From NCBI GenBank assembly GCA_020137815.1, contig CM035359.1, positions 3,224,001 through 3,288,000 of the forward strand: a stretch of 64,000 nucleotides of DNA, read 5' to 3'. Made by a program: the position numbers and the translations under genes. The first letter of the stretch is position 1. Each line of letters starts with the position of its first letter. The notes beneath the pieces are model-generated. The model saw nothing but the letters and a program-made list of their open reading frames with translations. It was not told the origin of the DNA and did no database searches. This stretch comes from Hormiphora californensis. Lineage: Eukaryota; Animalia; Ctenophora. Shown in pieces: positions 60,423-64,000 of the stretch.

Positions 60423-63400
60423 ATGATTTTACAACTTATATTCTGTTGGTGGATTTGTCAAACAATCTCCCATTCTTTGTTGAGTAAAGGTTGGGAAACA
60501 ACCTCGTACTCCACCACCTCGTACTCAACCACTGATCCTTATGCATCAATTGATTCTGGTACTGACTGTCCGGTGCGAGAGTACAAAGGGTTTTTACATC
60601 GAGTTTGTAAAGTCTGGAATGACCTACGTGCGGTTGTGCAATGCTACAACTCCAAGCAACGATACTCGGTAATCAAAATCACTGCGCTGGCAAGCGCAAA
60701 GATGACCATCCCCTCCCCCAGCCGTGCATGCCAGAAAGCGGTAATAACTTCTTTTATTCCAGTTTTAAGTAATAATACTAGTTATAACTTATACTTATAG
60801 GGTTTAAGATGAGATATAATCATAATAATAAGCAGGATATACATTATGGTTCCCTTTTTTAGGGTGACGCTGCTACCCAGCGGTTGGAATTATAAAGCTG
60901 ACATTTAAATGAAAAACTGTCCCACAAACAATCAATGAATTATAGTGTTTATCACTATTCTTGAGCCTCATTCCACTCGATAAAGCCCTTTTGTCATGCT
61001 CCACTTTCAGGTGTATCAGATGCCAGCGATGTTCAAACAGGTGCCAATAATACAACTAAATGAGACCTGTATTAATGATACAAACCTCTATCAGGTACGT
61101 GGGTATAATTTCTCCTAAAAAGTGAAATAATCACTTTATAATTGTGAACTTCCCTTTGAAATTTTTCAACATTCCATAAGAATATTCCCCATAAAAATCC
61201 CAATAAGAATCCCATGGCTACTAACTCTTTCAGGCGTGCTGGAGTTTTCGAACTGATTCTAATTTTCACATTAAAAGTTCCTCTCCCCAATGTGGAGTCT
61301 GGTGTGATATTCGTTCAATTGGTTTAGAGACAGCTCATTATGAGCGGATGGCAGACAACACAAGTTGCAATTTGTATGATGAGATTTCAGATCTGACTGA
61401 TAACTTAACTTCTGTTGAGATTTACGCAGATTATATTTTTAGCTATCGACAGGAGCATATTTGTAATAACTTGTGCAATATACCGGTTGAATACCCGCCT
61501 TACGTTAGAATAGAACGAATGTACTTACATAATCCATGCTTCGATGAAATGTATTGCAATGGACTTACTTATGGGGAGCGCTGTCCGGGATTGAGTATGA
61601 ATTTGTACCCATTTCATAATTGTTATTTTGATTTTGATCCATCAAACCATGCACAAAACATACACAGGTTTTGCAAAATTTACGATGACGGCAAGGCTCT
61701 ATTTCCCCTGTACAATGGTTCCCGGTGCTTTCCGTTTCGAAGAGATGTACCCACGTCATCATTGGACAAAGAGGGTGGATCTGGAAGAGCCTTTTGTGCA
61801 AATGGGTACGACCAAACAAATTGTAGTGACCCGAGTCGAGTTGCAGGGACGTGCTTGGTAGAGGGTTATCTAACCAGCATTTCAGCGTTTGTGGTTTGTC
61901 AGAATCTGCCTTCAGTTCTTATTTGTGATGACGGTTTAGATGGCCGATGCTTTGAAGTTGAACCGTTTTGTACCATCCATAAGCACTTGATCTGCGATGG
62001 TGTCGAAGACTGCTTAAGTGGAAGGGATGAAAAAGGTTGCATACTCTCTTTTAAACTCTGCATTCGAACATTCAACTCACATCTTGGTCCATTGAAAATT
62101 CCCTTTGGGTGGGTCCTGGACAGTGAATCGGATTGTTTTGATCATATGGATGAAAAACAGGAAGATTGGGTCGCCTGCGGAAGTGGAGTCACGACACGGT
62201 ACCGAGATCATCAAGATAATTGTAGTGAAGTTTGGTGGTGTGACGAGCGGAAAGAAGAGTATGTTGAGTTAACCCAGGTTTGTGATACGATCGATAGTTG
62301 TGGTAATGAGGCGATCATGTGTCGACAATCGAAGACCAAGTTTAACGTAAAATTTGACATGTTGGATAGTGATAAAGTTGGATTTTTAAAAGTATCTCCT
62401 CCTTGCATTCTTGGATGAGTCAGTTTACACGTAATTTTGAAGTTAGCTGTACTAGCCAGACAGTAAAACATAAGTTCAGTGGGTTTTTCGGAAAGGAAAG
62501 GGACTTGGTTTTCATATCTGAAGCAATGAAGAAAGATTGTAGGTTTTATTTTGGCGAGCAGTATGTGCTAATGGCGTGTAGTGGTATGTGCCTGAACAAG
62601 GTCCAATGTCCCTTGAACCAACGGCCCGCTCTTCATAACTCATGCACTAACATTCGAAGAAAAGTTTTAACTTTATCAGATTCAGGCTGGCTTACCGTTG
62701 TTGTTCCCCACAAGGAACACTTCCACAACAACTTCTTTGTTTGTGATAATGGTGAGTGTATTTCATTCTCGGGGGTGTGTGATACAGTGGACAACTGTGG
62801 GGATGGTTCAGATGAGAAGCACTGCATAAATAGTTTTCAATGCGACTCCCAGTTTCTAGTTGTCAGTCAGGTTTGTAATGGCAAGTACGATTGCCATGAT
62901 CTTACGGACGAGTGTAATGAGAGATGCTCTAGGAAGCTTATTGAAAAATCCTGGTTGTCAGCATTTGCGGGATCCTTCGGTAGTGCTGGACTGTTGTTGA
63001 ATGTGTACATTCTTGGAAAGGGTTTATTCTTTGCTCCTCAGTCGAAATCTCGGGCCGTTTTTGTTCAGCAATCCTTTGTGAGACTGATAACGTTCGGAGA
63101 CATCCTCACATGTCTCTACCTGGTATCAATTTTTGTGCTGAACTTCATATATTGGTCGGAGTACTGTAAAATACAGGTTCAGTGGTTGACTAGCATTCCT
63201 TGTAACATCCTTGGGGTTATCACAGCTACGGGATCTGGAATTTCTTCCCTATCGATGGCGGTTCTCAGTTGCTTTCGATTGAGAGGAACTAACAATGCCT
63301 TGCAATTTCGAAGGTCTGCAGAGGTTGACCTCAGATACAAAAGAAACATGTTTGTTGTACAGTGTGGCATTGTCTGTCTGTCTGCCCTAATTGCCTGTGT

Positions 63401-64000
63401 TCCCCTCATCCCGGCCTTAGAAAATCGGTTCGTCAATGGCCTGGCTTATCTAGGGGACATGAAGTTGTTTGTAGGGTTTGTTGATAAGAAGAGGCATTTG
63501 GCAATTATCAAGGGCTACATGGGGAAGGTTGATAGATCGCAAGACCGTAGTACCGGGTGGTCCTGGGAGTTGATCAGACAAAGTGTGAGAGCTATGTTTA
63601 CTAGTGATATCAAGGGTGTTACTGGAGTGAAGCAGTCCTTCTACGGTAATGATGCTTCATGTCTCTTCAAGTTTTTTGTCTTGTGGAGTGAACCTCAGGC
63701 AGGGTTTGTTTGGGGCCTTGGACTGGCCATTCACTGTACTTGTTTTATTGTCGTGGTCGTTTGTCACTTTCTCATCGCCATTTTCGCCTCTAAGAAAAGT
63801 GATGTACCAGTTGCAGCAGCTAAGAGGAATCGCGTACTTCGAGCCAAGATAAGTGCAATTATTATCTCGGATGTTTGTTGCTGGGTCCCATTCCTGGTGT
63901 GTTGTGTGCTCCACACTGTTGATGTGGTTGATATGACTCCTTGGTACTCGACATTCTCTATTGCGATTTTGCCAATCAACTCCGTGATCAATCCCATTGT
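60423..64000 (+). CDS. LDL-receptor class A repeat-containing rhodopsin-class GPCR (GRL101-like), partial, with apparent 1-bp frameshift at ~62415
   Basis: ORF 61348-62418 has LDLa-like repeats (CDGVEDCLSGRDEKGC). A second frame from 62415 is open to the window end, with FVCDNGECI..CDTVDNCGDGSDEKHC and 7TM motifs (LLNV, TFGD, YC..WLTS.PC, FYGND..C, SDVCCWVP, LPINSVINP). Signal-peptide-like start MILQLIFCWW at 60423; the 5' exon structure is uncertain. Confidence 0.88.

Overview
Repeat-rich, intron-containing animal genomic DNA. It is most consistent with a ctenophore; this is an inference from the LDLa-rich GPCR type and the gene/repeat style, not a proven assignment. Four genes can be assembled by hand from GT-AG junctions: an orphan low-complexity protein (+, 33.3-38.2 kb), an atypical Ras/Rap-family GTPase with CAAX box (-, 38.7-40.4 kb), an oxalate:formate-antiporter-like MFS transporter (+, 46.6-57.8 kb) and an LDLa-repeat GRL101-like GPCR running off the right edge with a 1-bp frameshift. 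The first 31 kb carry seven to eight unrelated minus-strand exons, each with an upstream AG, an ATG and a phase-0 donor. They look like an array of mutually exclusive first coding exons for a gene whose body lies left of the window. The MFS gene has a ~49-copy tandem array of its own 3' splice junction, where only the last copy gives an open frame, and two exons bracketed by inverted 1.36-kb hAT elements. Mobile DNA includes a 5'-truncated Penelope element with a minimal hammerhead ribozyme, nested non-autonomous DNA transposons (Tc1-like, Sola-like, and Transib-like with RSS-heptamer ends), a foldback element and many MITEs. Three homopolymer-garbled stretches (~6.9-7.6, 13.6-14.8 and 49.3-50.0 kb) look like low-accuracy sequence.
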